From contig NC_042998.1 of the NCBI RefSeq assembly GCF_006345805.1, forward strand, positions 195,362,001 to 195,426,000: 64,000 nt of DNA, read 5' to 3'. A program made the position numbers and the translations under genes. Under the pieces are notes generated by a model. It saw nothing but the letters and a program-made list of their open reading frames with translations. It was not told the DNA's origin and ran no database searches. The DNA is from Octopus sinensis. Its lineage: Eukaryota. Positions 14,561-29,062 of the stretch are shown in pieces. Each line of letters starts with the position of its first letter. The stretch's first letter is position 1.

Positions 14561-16102
14561 AATGAATGGTCTGGTTTCATGGGAGAAGGTCATATTAATG
14601 CCTTTATGTTTCCACCAAACACAAAGGACGGGTTTTTTGCCATGGATATTCATCTTTGGCTGCTTGGGGGATATTTCTGCAAACTCCAGGATCAGTTTTG
14701 CACATTAAGCATGCAATCCATTTTTCGTCTCCAGTCAGAAGTCGTTCCAAAAAAGGGCATGCTTTCTTTCCTTTTCAAAAGCATGTCCCAAACGGAATAC
14801 TGGTCCCAGCAATTCTTATCTAAGAGTTTCAAGCACCCATATATTAAAGCAAAGAGTAAGATAGAAAGAGGAACAGAGAGAAGTGTACATGATATGTGAT
14901 AGAGGGGAACATAATATTCTTACTTACATCGTTAAAAAAGTCAATTGAAGTTGATGATATAGAGAAGTTAGCAATATAATTTTAGCAGAGTGTGATGTTC
15001 TGATGGTGAGATTTGAGGCACAAAGAGAGAGAGAGAGATGATGGTTGTGGTGGAGGAAATGGTGATGGACAGTGCATAGTTAAAAGTAATTTGTTTTTAA
15101 TTGAACAAAGTTTTTTTTATATTACGTATTTGCAGAATCGTATGAATTAACCTGTAAAAAGTCCAAAATCACAATAATTTGACATTTCACACCCCTTTTT
15201 TACATGAACAAAATGACAGCTTCCAAATATTTTTTTCTTAATGGGTAAGAATGATCAAACTTTAAACCACAGTGTGACACATTCATATCTGTGTGAATAC
15301 GCAGGTATACGTAAGTAGAATACATCCCCACTTTTGGCACTATTTTGTTAGTGACAGTATAAAGTTTATATGTATCACTACGCTGAATGTAGTCCAGTTC
15401 GTGTAACATGAAAAGGTAATTAAACACGTAAAAGAATAACAATGGCTTCGTATTGAGTTGTTTATCCCATTAGAACGAAATAAAACATAACATGGTGGCA
15501 GCGGTGGATAATTAATCGGAAAATGTTTTTTAGGCAATTAAACCAATGGTATATTTTGATTTTAAAAAACGTAAATATTTTCTCTTTTTATTCATGATAA
15601 AGTTTTTTCCAAATAAATGAAAAGACAAGTAACTAATTCTGCTCGATTACAAAGCAGAGGCAGAATAATCTCACGGTTTCTGCTGCAGGATTTCCACCTC
15701 GCGCTGACAATCCATTAGAGTAAGGGAGACTGCTATATTTGTCTTCACTGCCAAAAGACCCCTTTTTTTTTTCAAAAAAAAAGGGATGTTACACGTTCAT
15801 ATATATGCGTGGGCGTGTGTGTGCGGAATACGTCCCCGCTTTTGGCACTATTTTATAAGTATTACTACGCTGTGTCTAAAGTTATACCGGTGTCGCTGCG
15901 CGGAATGTAGTCCAGTTCGCGTAACATGAAAAAGTAATTAAACACGAAAAAGAATAACTATGCTTCGTATTGAGTTGTTTATCCCATTAGAAGAAAACAA
16001 CACATAACAGTGATGAAGCCGAATATTGAAGAAATCTCTTTCACAAAATCCCAAATCTATTAAAGTAGAGCCGCAATTCTTTAAAGACCGGAGTTAGTTC
16101 CC

Positions 16103-19100
16103 TTGAACTTTCATCTGCGTTTTGAGAAGTTTGCTGCCTTTTGTTGAGAGAGTTAGATTTTTTGCTCATCGTTGTTTGTGTTTGTTGTTGATTGAACGGT
16201 GCCCGTTGTGTAACGGTGGTTTTCGCCCTGCGGGGCGGAGAATTCTGTGTTTGCAATTGTTGTTGCCTTCGAGGTGGTTTTTGAAACATTTTTGAGAAAT
16301 GGATTTCGACTTGGCGTCGAGGAATGATTTTCCCGCGATGGTGAATTGGGGGACACTGAAGTGGCAAAACGGTCTTTTTCGGCCGCGGTGGGCGGAACCA
16401 TGATGGACGTTGAATCCAGGATCGAACAGCTGTTCGAATTTGGGAACTTTGTAAAGGTGGAGGGAGGCGAAATCGAGCTTTGCCGCCGCAGGCGAAGGTG
16501 CAAGAGGCAGAGGAAGGAACAGTTGTATACAAGGTGTATAGCTGCAAGGAGGGGAAAATTATGGACGTTAGAAGCGAGATGGTCGAGGAGTGCTTGTCCC
16601 CGGTGTGGGACAGGATTCGCCGTGTCGTTCGAGGTGCTCGCAGTGCTGCTGTTGAATCACATTTTGACTCGGCTGAGGTGGCAGGAGAGGTGTCATCTGT
16701 GACCCTGAAAAATGATGATATCATGTTGCTGCCCTCGTGTATGGGGGTGGGGAGCGGCTGAGCTGCTGGTGGAGGACGTACCGAGAGGGTGTGATATAGT
16801 GTGGGTGGCAGCGGCGGTCCTGCGCAATGTTGAGCGGGAGGTTTCGATTGTGCGGATGAGAGGGAGGGAGGAGGTGCGCTGGAGGGGACGGACGCTGGAG
16901 CTCCTCGTTCAGGCGGAGAACAAGATGTTGGAGAGCCTGCCCGATGGGATGTTTGATGAGGATGGAGCGTCCATGGGAGTGTCAGTGGAGGGGCGCAGAC
17001 CTAGGTGTTTTGAGTGTGGCGAGAGGGGTCACGTCCGCTCGAGCTGCTTAAAGGAGAGGAAAGACAACGAGGCCCCTCCTCAAGGTGCTTCAAGCACTGA
17101 AGGGGAGAGGGCGGAGGGGGAGAGCAGGACGACGACGGGCAGGGAAGCAGAGGCGGATGGATTGCACACGGGTGACACACAGAGGAAAGAAGGATAACAC
17201 CCTGGACTCCCCTCCCCAAACAAGGAAAAAATCAGCAAGCACCGCAGACATACACACAAAGCAAATTCCCCAGCCCTACCCCCACGGCACTGTATTCATT
17301 GGAAAATAGTTCGCCAAGCCCCTCCCCATAAAACAAGATGTGAAAAAGTCTTTAAAAAAAAATGATAATATCATTGCATTTGATGAAAAAAACGAGAGGG
17401 TATATAAATACTTTAAATTTTCCAAATTTAAACTATTTAGCAAGGCTACAGACATAAAAGCAACCACTCGCTTCGCAAAAATAAAGGAAGACGAGTGGAA
17501 GGAGGAAATACTACAAGAACATCTAAAGAATAGACTGATAAGAGACGTAACAAAGGAAGTACTGGAGGGTAAACTTGTTATAACCCCGGCAACCACACCT
17601 ACCCAGAGCCCGGTGGCAACGCCGGTTAAGAGCCCTGCAGCTACGACCACAAGGGAGGAAGAAGGGGAAGCGGGCAGATTTAAACTGTCATGCTCCCTTT
17701 CTCAACCGTAAGTTCATTTATTTTTTCTCTCACCGACAATGGCTAAGCTGGGTTGTGTGAATGTACGTGGAATGGGGACGAAATGGAAACAAATTTGTTT
17801 CCTGAACGACCTCACGACACATGGAGTGGACATAGCTATTGCAACCGAGTCCAAGATGAACGAGGCCCAAGCGTTCTCGCCTCTTCTAAATGGGTTCGAG
17901 AAATTTATTTCTCCTAGCCGAGGAAGAGGCAGAGGCATGGCAGTCCTTATCAGGAAGAGCTTGGACTTGCAGGTAAGTACTGTCTTTCTGGACCCAGAAG
18001 GCAGGCTGGTTGTTCTGGATGTGACCCACGTAAGTAAACAGTCCTTCAGGTTGGTAGCTGGGAAGTAACTCGGATGAGATCGGAGGTGGGAGGACGGTTA
18101 CTGCTTATGCGGATGACGTCACCCTCATCGTGTCCAATGAGGCCCAGCTACCTTGTGTGGAAGAGGCTATCAGAGGATACGAGGCGGTGGCAGGAGCAAA
18201 GGTTAACAAGGACAAGTCGGTTGGCTTGCGCCTCGGCACCTGGAGGAGCAAGTCGATATCGTCCAGTGTCGTGGGACACTGGACGGATGGCCCTGTTAAG
18301 TTGCTAGGAGTTTGGTTTGGACCAGACTCCCAAACGGAGAGGAACTGGAGTGAGGTGACGAGCAAGGTGGAGGCCATAGTACGGACCTGGTCCGGAAGTT
18401 TTCTGTCCTTGAAAGGAAGGGTGGAGGTGGTACAGATGTTCATTGCATCTGTAATCACTTACCGCCTGACCGTTGTCCCTTGCCCCGATTTATGGCTTAG
18501 CAAGTTGGAGCGAATCCTTTTCCGCTTTTTGTGGAAGGGAGGAAAGCCACTTGTGAGGCGCTCCGTTTGCTGCCAGGAACCGTTAAAGGGTGGGTTAGGA
18601 ATGCCTTGGTTGATGATGCGCAGACATGCGTTGAGGCTGAAGCATCTCTGGCACCACCTGGAGGGTGATAAGGTGTGGAGTCCGCTGGCAGGGGAATTTT
18701 TCCCGAGACCGGCCTCCTTAGAGAATTTTAAACCCGGTCGCATCAAAAGATGGAAACTGACTTTATGGCAAAAGGAGTGCCGACACGCACTCACGCTGAT
18801 CCACAAGGCGGGCAAGGCCGGCTGCGGAAATACCACCTCGGTATTTTATAGAAGGCTGGTAGAGGCAAAGAACGACGACGTCCTAGGAGGGGCTCTGGGG
18901 TTTGACGAAGACCAGCTTACCAACCTGTTTAAAAAGACTTTCAGGACGGGGTATTTGGATAATTTCCAAAGATCCCTGGCCTGGCAGTGCTATAGGAATG
19001 CTTTACCTGTTCGCGAGAAGTTATCGCGGCACGGAATTTCAGTGCCACCGACGTGTCCAAGGTGCGAGTTGGACGATGAAACCGTCCAGCACGCTTTTGT

Positions 19101-19711
19101 ACACTGTCGGAAGTTGTCCGACTTGATAAGTTACGCAGAACACGTGTTATCGCATCTGGGACGAGTACAGCTGTCGGCTGAGTCTATGATTAAGATGATA
19201 CCGCCAACTGGACTCTCGAAGGAAGGTGAGGCATGTTTTCACTGCACGGTTGCAGTAGTAAAAGAATGCATGTGGCGTACAAGAATGGAAGGAGTCGCGA
19301 TAGGATCCTTTGTCTCGGGCCCCGGCTTGCTCACTTACTTCAGATATCATCTGAAGAGCAAAATGGGGCTGGAAAAGAGGATCTTACCACGGGGTGTGTA
19401 TGAGAAAAGATGGAAGGAAGTGGGTTAAAAGGTGGGTGTCAGAAACCCAGCTTAACTATGGAGGGAGGAGATGAAAAAAAAGCTGCGGGGCCTTATAAAT
19501 TGCCGGGGTTTAAAACTTCGGTAAGATCGAAAGTTTATGTAATGTTATAATATTCTATTGGTCATGTAAAGGACAATTTACAGACGAATTTTTATAATGA
19601 ATAATCCAAATGTTATGGAAAATTTTTAATCGAACCTCTTAACTGTTTTTTGCATGTATGTCCTGTATTTGTCCTTCTATGTAACGATTGTATAATCATA
19701 ATAAAGAAATA
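16103..19711 (+). mobile_element. Tx1/L1-clade retrotransposon copy 2, internally deleted
   Basis: TSD cggagttagttccc at 16089-16102 and 19712-19725. The junction at 18057-18060 fuses the EN 5' part to the RT 3' part. Premature TAA at 19426-19428. Confidence 0.93.
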
Positions 19712-21887
19712 CGGAGTTAGTTCCCGTTGTTCTTCCTCATTAAGAGTATTTCTTGTTCTTGTTTCCCCCACGCACCTTGATTGCTTGATCAGTTCCACTT
19801 GACAACTGATATTTAAGAGAAAATCCAATCAAATATATACAAGTGATTGGTAATTAACTGTCTAAAGAAACAGATACCCCATTTACGATTATGTGGACCT
19901 GAAAAATATTAATTAACGTTTGTTGTAGAAATCTAGAAATTCTCTTGAAGCTGTCGTTGTCCACTCTGACTCCAGTTCTCACGTCTTCCTCCTTCACTCT
20001 TTCTCTCCATATCTATTACTATGTAAGTATTTATTTAAACATTTCTATTATATATGTGTCGTATTATGTACATTTATTTGTTTCGATGTGTTGAGAAAGT
20101 TAAAAGGAAAAAAAAAAAAATCTCACTAAGACGAAATTATACGAAAGGCTGTAATTTTAATACTTTTATTGTGTTGTCGTTTTCTTTTAGACATTTCATT
20201 GCACTTTTGGTTATTTTCTAAATTATTTGTAAAAACTTCGGATCAATCCCTTGTTTAGATAACATTTATCTTTCTTTCTAACGTGTAAATTCGACAATTT
20301 CGTTAAATGCGGGAAAATTACGATGTAATTTGTTAGAAATGGGGAATGTATAAAAACGAGTGTGCACTTGAAATACTGAAACGAAAAGCAAATATCGCAT
20401 CGAGAGGAAATGGAAAAGCTTTTATTTGAAACATAGGAAGTCTTTATTTCTGGTGGTTCTTCTGCATCATTAAAAGTTAGAATTAATATGGTTTTCTAAT
20501 TTATTTAATTTTTGTGTGTGTGTAGTGCTGCTTTAAGCACCTAATATAATCCCTCGTCACATATTTTTATTTGCGGGAATTTTCAGAAATTTCTGCGTAC
20601 GAGAATTCGTTTGGTCAGGCAACCAAAAAAAGAAAAAAATGAAGTGTGATTTATGAGCTATTTAGCTGTTATTTTTCGCACATCTCACGACCAGTATGGT
20701 AATAATTCTCTGCTTAAGTTCCTCTGGGCTTGCAGGAAGAGGGGAGACATAGACTAGGCCCTCCCTGAGAAAGAAATGGCAAGGTGTCAGCTCAGTGAAC
20801 GTGGCGGTCATTTCAACAGCACATTGCCTTCTTCAGGACGCGCCAAACTCTTTGGAGGAATCTGGCTTTCATTCTCCACATCAACCAATAATTTTTCCTA
20901 CATTAAAATTTCCCACAAAGATTTTGATGCTGTTAGTGAGACATCAATATTATTTACTGACATTTATTCATCTTTTATGCTCAGCAAAATATTAACGTTG
21001 AGCTAACCATATATATATATATATGTATTTGTATATATGGCTCCCATGCAGGTAGCATGTAAAAAGTACCATTTGAGCATGATTGATGCTAGTGCCGCCT
21101 GACTTGCACCCGTGCCGGTGGCACGTTAAAAGGCACCATTCAAGCATAGTCGATACCAATGCTACCTGACTGGCTCCGTGGCACATATAAAAGGCAACCG
21201 CTACACACTCAAACAGCATCCAGCTGTAGAAATCTTGCCTGATAAGATTGAAACCTTGTTCAACCTCATGGCTTGCCAGTCCTCAGTCAAACCTCACAAC
21301 CCATGCCAGCGTGGAAAGCAGATGTTAAACGATGATGATGAAGGTAGGGAAAGAGCAATATCTATTTTAGCAAACAAAGATACAAGACTGCAATGAAAAC
21401 ATCAGAAATCTAGTGTCATTTATATGTATATTGGTGTGTGTGTATGTGGAAGTGTGTCTATGACAGACTTTATATTCCAGGAGTTTGGTATTATAATAGA
21501 TGTGTCTCCTCTATGATATAAACATTTTGGTAATGCAGAAATTGGATAAATTTAATAGTACAGATAAAGAATTACATCTAAAATTTTTGGAACAAGAAAT
21601 GTCGTAAATTTGCACTTTTGAATATCTGCCTTTTAAACATACTTGATATCTTATATTACCTTCGTATTCTTTCAGAAAATCACATGAAATTGGCTAAAAA
21701 GTAATTTTTACTTTTAAAGAATCATCATTGTGTTTCATGTTTAAAAGACACTGCAAAGATATTCGACAAACGTATAATCCTGCTTCTATAAAACGTTGCT
21801 GAGTTACAGTAAAATATTTCTTCTGAAAGAGAAAGCATTTCTTTACTTCTGTGTCTGAAATGTGCAAGAGATAATTTTCTCTTTTAA

Positions 21888-22108
21888 CCCTTTAGTGTTT
21901 AAACTGGCCAAATCCGGCCCAATATATTCCACATGTTTTATATTCAAACTGGCGATATCTAGCCTCTCACACCTAACTTACAATGCCATTCTAAAAGTAA
22001 GTAATCACATCATTGAAACCTCAAAGCTGTAAGATGATCTAGGATTAATTCAAAACAATTTGAGTGAAAAAGTATTACATTTAACAGAATAATCTGAACA
22101 CTAAAGGG
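21888..22108. mobile_element. piggyBac-type TTAA MITE, unit 2 copy
   Basis: TTAA|ccctttagtgtt ... aacactaaaggg|TTAA. Unit 3 has a single TTAA at 31226-31229. Confidence 0.85.
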
Positions 22109-22328
22109 TTAAATATACATTGATAGATTTCCAAAGAGTATTTGCGGCATTTTTAAATATTGGCATTGATCACATTTAGAAGAAATATAAGAGAAGTGAT
22201 ATTTGTTTGGAATAAACTATAAAAACAAAAAGAAGAAAAATATCCATATATTTTGGTGAGAGAAGAAATATTTTTGAAAAGTTGTTGATCTGTACAACTT
22301 AAAGGTTCAGTTTTATTTTAGTGAAGAG

Positions 22329-23861
22329 ATGTCGGAAGAATTAGGAAAATCATCATATGACTGTGACATCTGCAAAGAGTCATTCTTAGAAGAAAGTAAA
22401 CTCAATCAACACAAACAAATTCATGCAGGGGAAGCACCATATCACTGTGATATCAGTGGTAAATCATTGTCTCACAGGAATAGCTTAACTCAACACAAAC
22501 GTATTCATACAGGAGAGAAACCATATCACTGTGATATCTGTGGTAAATCATTCTCTAATGGCAGTCACTTAACTCGACACAAACGGGTTCATACAGGAGA
22601 GAAACCTTATCATTGTGATATCTGTGGTAAATCTTTCTCTGATGCAGGTAGCGTAACTAAGCACAAACGTATTCATACAGGGGAGAAACCATATCACTGT
22701 GATATCTGTGGTAAATCATTCTCTCATAGCAGTGGCTTAGCTACTCACAAATGGGTTCATACAGAGGAGAAACCATATACCTGTGATATCTGTGGTATAT
22801 CATTCTCTCAAAACACTACCCTGACTACGCACAGACGTATTCATACTGGGGAGAAACCATATCACTGTGATATCTGTGGTAAATCATTCACTCATAGCAG
22901 TCACTTAACTGAACACACACGTATCCATACAGGAGAGAAACCATATTCCTGTGATATCTGTGGTAAATCATTCTCTCAGAACGGTGTCTTAACTAAACAC
23001 AAACGTATTCATACAGGTGAGAAACCATATCACTGTGATATCTGTGGTAAATCATTCTCTCAGAACGGTGTCTTAACTAAACACAAACATATTCATACAG
23101 GTGAGAAACCATATGACTGTGATATCTGTGGTAAATCATTCTCTCAGAACATTGTCTTAACTAAACACAAACGTATTCATACAGGTGAGAAACCATATCA
23201 CTGTGATATCTGTGGTAAATCATTCTCTCATAGCAGTGGCTTAACTACTCACAAATGGGTTCATACAGAGGAGAAACCATATACCTGTGATATCTGTGGA
23301 AAATCATTCTCTGATCACAGTCATTTAACTCAACACAAAAATATTCATACAGGGGAGAAACCATATCACTGTGATATCTGTGGTAAATCTTTCTCTCATA
23401 GCGGTGGCTTAACTTCACACACGCGTATCGATACGGGAGAGAAACCATATTCTTGTGATATCTGTGGTAATTTATTCTCTCATAGCAGTAGCTTAACTAA
23501 ACACAAATGGGTTCATACAGAGGAGAAACCATATACCTGTGATATCTGTGGTAAATCATTCTGTTTTGGCAGTGCTGTAACTCAACACAAACGTATCCAT
23601 ACAGGAGAGAAACCATATTCCTGTGATATCTGCGGTAAATCATTCTCTCATAGCGGTGGCTTAAATATACACAAAGGTATTCATACAGGGGAGAAACCAT
23701 ATACCTGTGATATCTGTGGAAGATCATTCTCTGAAAGCAGTAACTTAACTAAACACAAGCGTGTTCATACAGGGGAGAAACCATATACCTGTGATATCTG
23801 TGGTAAATCTTTCTCTCAGAACAGTGGCTTAACTCAACACAAACATATTCATACAGGGTAG
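22329..23861 (+). CDS. C2H2 zinc-finger protein, 510 aa, 18 tandem fingers (2 degenerate), no KRAB/SCAN domain visible
   Basis: Intact ORF of 28-aa CxxC-12-HxxxH repeats with TGEKPY linkers. Finger 2 has C>S and finger 13 has H>D. Confidence 0.92.
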   Translation: MSEELGKSSYDCDICKESFLEESKLNQHKQIHAGEAPYHCDISGKSLSHRNSLTQHKRIHTGEKPYHCDICGKSFSNGSHLTRHKRVHTGEKPYHCDICGKSFSDAGSVTKHKRIHTGEKPYHCDICGKSFSHSSGLATHKWVHTEEKPYTCDICGISFSQNTTLTTHRRIHTGEKPYHCDICGKSFTHSSHLTEHTRIHTGEKPYSCDICGKSFSQNGVLTKHKRIHTGEKPYHCDICGKSFSQNGVLTKHKHIHTGEKPYDCDICGKSFSQNIVLTKHKRIHTGEKPYHCDICGKSFSHSSGLTTHKWVHTEEKPYTCDICGKSFSDHSHLTQHKNIHTGEKPYHCDICGKSFSHSGGLTSHTRIDTGEKPYSCDICGNLFSHSSSLTKHKWVHTEEKPYTCDICGKSFCFGSAVTQHKRIHTGEKPYSCDICGKSFSHSGGLNIHKGIHTGEKPYTCDICGRSFSESSNLTKHKRVHTGEKPYTCDICGKSFSQNSGLTQHKHIHTG

Positions 23862-25070
<1,209 letters not shown>

Positions 25071-25901
25071 ATTTCTTATAGGAAATATCTTTCATGTTTT
25101 CCCTACGTAAAAGTTTATAATTCCTATTAGGAAATGAAACACATGTAATGCTGAATAAATAATATCAAACTTTTCTCCGGTCTCCTTATGTGATTTGTAA
25201 TTACCTTGCAAAAAATATTATCCAAACCACCCACAAAAATATTGTAGGTGTATATATGTAATCAGAAGCTTGTTTGTTCAACTGGTGTATTTATGTTAGT
25301 TTGAGTAGTGGGGTGAGAGAGAGGGAAAAGTAAAGGAAGGTGGTCTTATAAGAATTCTGCTTGTCATTACGATACTTAGGTCGAGAGTAACACTTTCATG
25401 TGATTGGAGAGAAAGGATAAGGCCATGAGTGAGACGGGAAGAGTGAGAAGTGTGCATGACGTGATAGGGGGACATATTTAGTTATGATTGTGATATAGAG
25501 GAGAGTAAGGAATATAATTTTAGAAGGTGGGTAATGTCCTGATGGAGAGGTTAAAGAAAGGTAGAGAGAGACAGATGATGGTGGTTGTTGTGATGGTGAA
25601 TACAAAGTGAAAAGTAATGTTTTTTTTTTTACTTGAACTAAGTTTTTTTTACAAATCTTACAAATTGAAATGTGTATTGACTCTCTGACCCATCACCTTG
25701 GCTTACAAGTTTCCACTGATGTGGTTTTCAGAGTAAGCCATGTTACATTAAATTCTGACCCCTATATTTTACATATAAGGTAATTTTTTTAGTATACACT
25801 TCTCGTGTTTCAGATAAGAAATTGTGCCCATGTAAATTTTAAAATGTAATCTTTTTCTGTTTATGAGAAAACTGGAAAAATATGAGCAAATATTTATTTT
25901 A

Positions 25902-27010
25902 TAATAATATAATAATAATGAAATTATTGTATACAGTGCTTAGGTGCACCAGAACTTGTCAGAAAGTGCATATAAAGTACATGCAGTAATATAGAAATGT
26001 CTGGAAAGCGAACAATGTATGTGTCAGATACATGCTTGTGTGTGTATGGAGGGGAGAAAATCAAGTGTAGCGTTGGCGGATCTCAGGAAGCATGGAAGTT
26101 TTGAAGGATGCAGTGCTCCGACAACTAACAACTGATGCCGGCAGTTTGTTCCATGCTTCAGCAACTCTCAGCATGAAAAAATGTTTCCTGAAGTCATGGG
26201 AGCTGTGCTGTTTTCTTACTTTGTAAATATGTCCACGGGTGTTAGATGGGTGGAGTTTGAAAAGGTGCTCAGAGTTATTGTTTGTACGATGGTTGATAAT
26301 TTTATGGGTGTCTGCCACTTCAACTGCCAGACGTCGGAGTTTCAATGTGTCCATGCCCAGGGAAGTAAGGCGTTCAGGATATGGCAAATGCCTGATGGAG
26401 GGTATTCTTTTGGTTGCACGTCGCTGAACAGCTTCCAGACGATTGATATCCTGGGCAAGATAAGGGTTCCAGACCAGTGATGCAAATTCCAGGTGAGGTC
26501 TTACCATAGCTATATAAAGCTGCAGATGTAGCCGGAGTGCGGCTCACAAAGGATTTGGTGAGTGATGCCAAGACACCCTCAGCCTTCTTGACAATTTTAG
26601 CGATGTGTTTTGTCCAACGCAAATCACTGTCGACAATAACACCCAGGTCACGTTCACATGAAGACTTTTTGAGACTAGCGTTGTGGAGGGAGTAGGTGGA
26701 CGCTGGGTTTCTCCCAAAAGGCATGGTGGTACATTTGTCCTCAGCCAGCTTGAGTTGCCAGTCCATGATCCACTGCTGCATTGTGTCCAGGTCTGCTTGC
26801 AATAGAGATCTATAGTGTACAGGATTTGACCTCTTTATTTCGAGGTACAGCTTGATGTCATCTGCATATTTCAGCACTGTGGCATTCTTTAAGTTGGCAT
26901 CTATGTCATTAACATATGCAACAAATAAAAGGGGGCCAAGAACAGATCCCTGTGGTACACCAGATGTCATCTCATAGGGCGAAGAGTGCTGTCCTAGAAC
27001 TGTGACAACC
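25902..27010 (-). mobile_element. 5'-truncated CR1-like LINE, unit 2 copy
   Basis: Same motifs in ORFs 26374..26970 and 26061..26507. Confidence 0.88.
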
Positions 27011-29048
27011 TCATAAAATTGTGCATAAAGTGTATTAAGTAATTACCGTATTCCAATTTCCTTCAGTTTTCAGTGAGTAGCAGATGAGCGACTATCTTTT
27101 GATGCAGACACAATACAGGCTCCACTTTAGAGTGTTTTGGTGTCAGGAATAACCCAATCCATTGCCTCACTGGACACCAAGGCCATGACTAGTGACCGGG
27201 ACCTTTTGTTTTTGGATAATGGATAAACAGCTAAAAGATTATATAAATATATATTTATAAAATTAAAGACTTAAATCTGTAAGAGATGCAAAGCAAAAAG
27301 AAAAGAATTCAATTAAGAATGCATCGGGTGAAAGAATATTGGTTTAAAAAACATACGACATAAAAATGAAGACTATAAGGAATATGAGGGAGATAGGGTG
27401 AATCCTTTCTATTTGACAATGATCGGGCATTGTCTTGTTGGAAGACTAATGCTTTTCTGTTGGTAATCTCCAGCCGCAGTTCTTTGATATATTTTGGTTC
27501 AAATTAGCCAGTTGACGACGGAACACAACAGAATGAATGGTCTGGTTTCATGGGAGAAGGTCATATTAATGCCTTTATGTTTCCACCAAACACAAAGGAC
27601 GGGTTTGTTGCCATGGATATTCATCTTTGGCTGCTTGGGGGATATTTCTGCAAACTCCAGGATCAGTTTTGCACATTAAGCATGCAATCCATTTTTCGTC
27701 TCCAGTCAGAAGTCGTTCCAAAAAAGGGCATGCTTTCTTTCCTTTTCAAAAGCATGTCCCAAACGGAATACTGGTCCCAGCAATTCTTATCTAAGAGTTT
27801 CAAGCACCCATATATTAAAGCAAAGAGTAAGATAGAAAGAGGAACAGAGAGAAGTGTACATGATATGTGATAGAGGGGAACATAATATTTCTTACATCGT
27901 TAAAAAAGTTAGTTGAAGTTGATGATATAGAGAAGTTAGCAATATAATTTTAGCAGAGTGGTGATGTTCTGATGGTGAGATTTGAGGCACAAAGAGAGAT
28001 AGAGAGATGATGGTTGTGGTGGAGGAAATGGTGATGGACAGTGCATAGTTAAAAGTAATTTGTTTTTATTGAACAAAGTTTTTTTTTATTACGTATTTGC
28101 AGAATCGTATGAATTAACCTGTAAAAAGTCCAAAATCACAATAATTTGACATTTCACACCCCTTCTTTACATGAACAAAATGACAGCTTCCAAATATTGT
28201 TTTCTTAATGGGTAAGAATGATCAAACTTTAAACCACAGTGTGACACATTCATATCTGTGTGAATACGCAGGTATACGTAAGTAGAATACATCCCCACTT
28301 TTGGCACTATTTTGTTAGTGACAGTATAAAGTTTATATGTATCACTACGCTGAATGTAGTCCAGTTCGTTTAACATGAAAAGGTAATTAAACACGTAAAA
28401 GAATAACAATGGCTTCGTATTGAGTTGTTTATCCCATTAGAACGAAATAAAACATAACATGGTGGCAGCGGTGGGATAATTAATCGGAAAATGTTTTTTA
28501 GGCAATTAAACCAATGGTATATTTTGATTTTAAAAAACGTAAATATTTTCTCTTTTTATTCATGATAAAGTTTTTTCCAAATAAATGAAAAGATAAGTAA
28601 CTAATTCTGCTCGATTACAAAGCAGAGGCAGAATAATCTCACGGTTTCTGCTGCAGGATTTCCACCTCGCGCTGACAATCCATTAGAGTAAGGGAGACTG
28701 CTATATTTGTCTTCACTGCCAAAAGACCCTTTTTTTTTTCAAAAAAAAGGGATGTTACACGTTCATATATATGCGTGTGTGTGTGGAATACGTCCCCGCT
28801 TTTGGCACTATTTTATAAGTATTACTACGTTGTGTCTAAAGTTATACCGGTGTCGCTGCGCGGAATGTAGTTCAGTTCGCGTAACATGAAAAAGTAATTA
28901 AACACGTAAAAGAATAACTATGCTTCGTATTGAGTTGTTTATCCCATTAGAAGAAAACAACACATAACAGTGATGAAGCCGAATATTGAAGAAATCTCTT
29001 TCACAAAATCCCAAATCTATTAAAGTAGAGCCGCAATTCTTTAAAGAC

Positions 29049-29062
29049 CGGAGTTAGTTCCC
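29049..29062 (+). other. Empty (pre-insertion) Tx1 target site
   Basis: A single cggagttagttccc joins the left flank (ttaaagac) directly to the right flank (gttgttcttcctcattaa). Confidence 0.92.
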
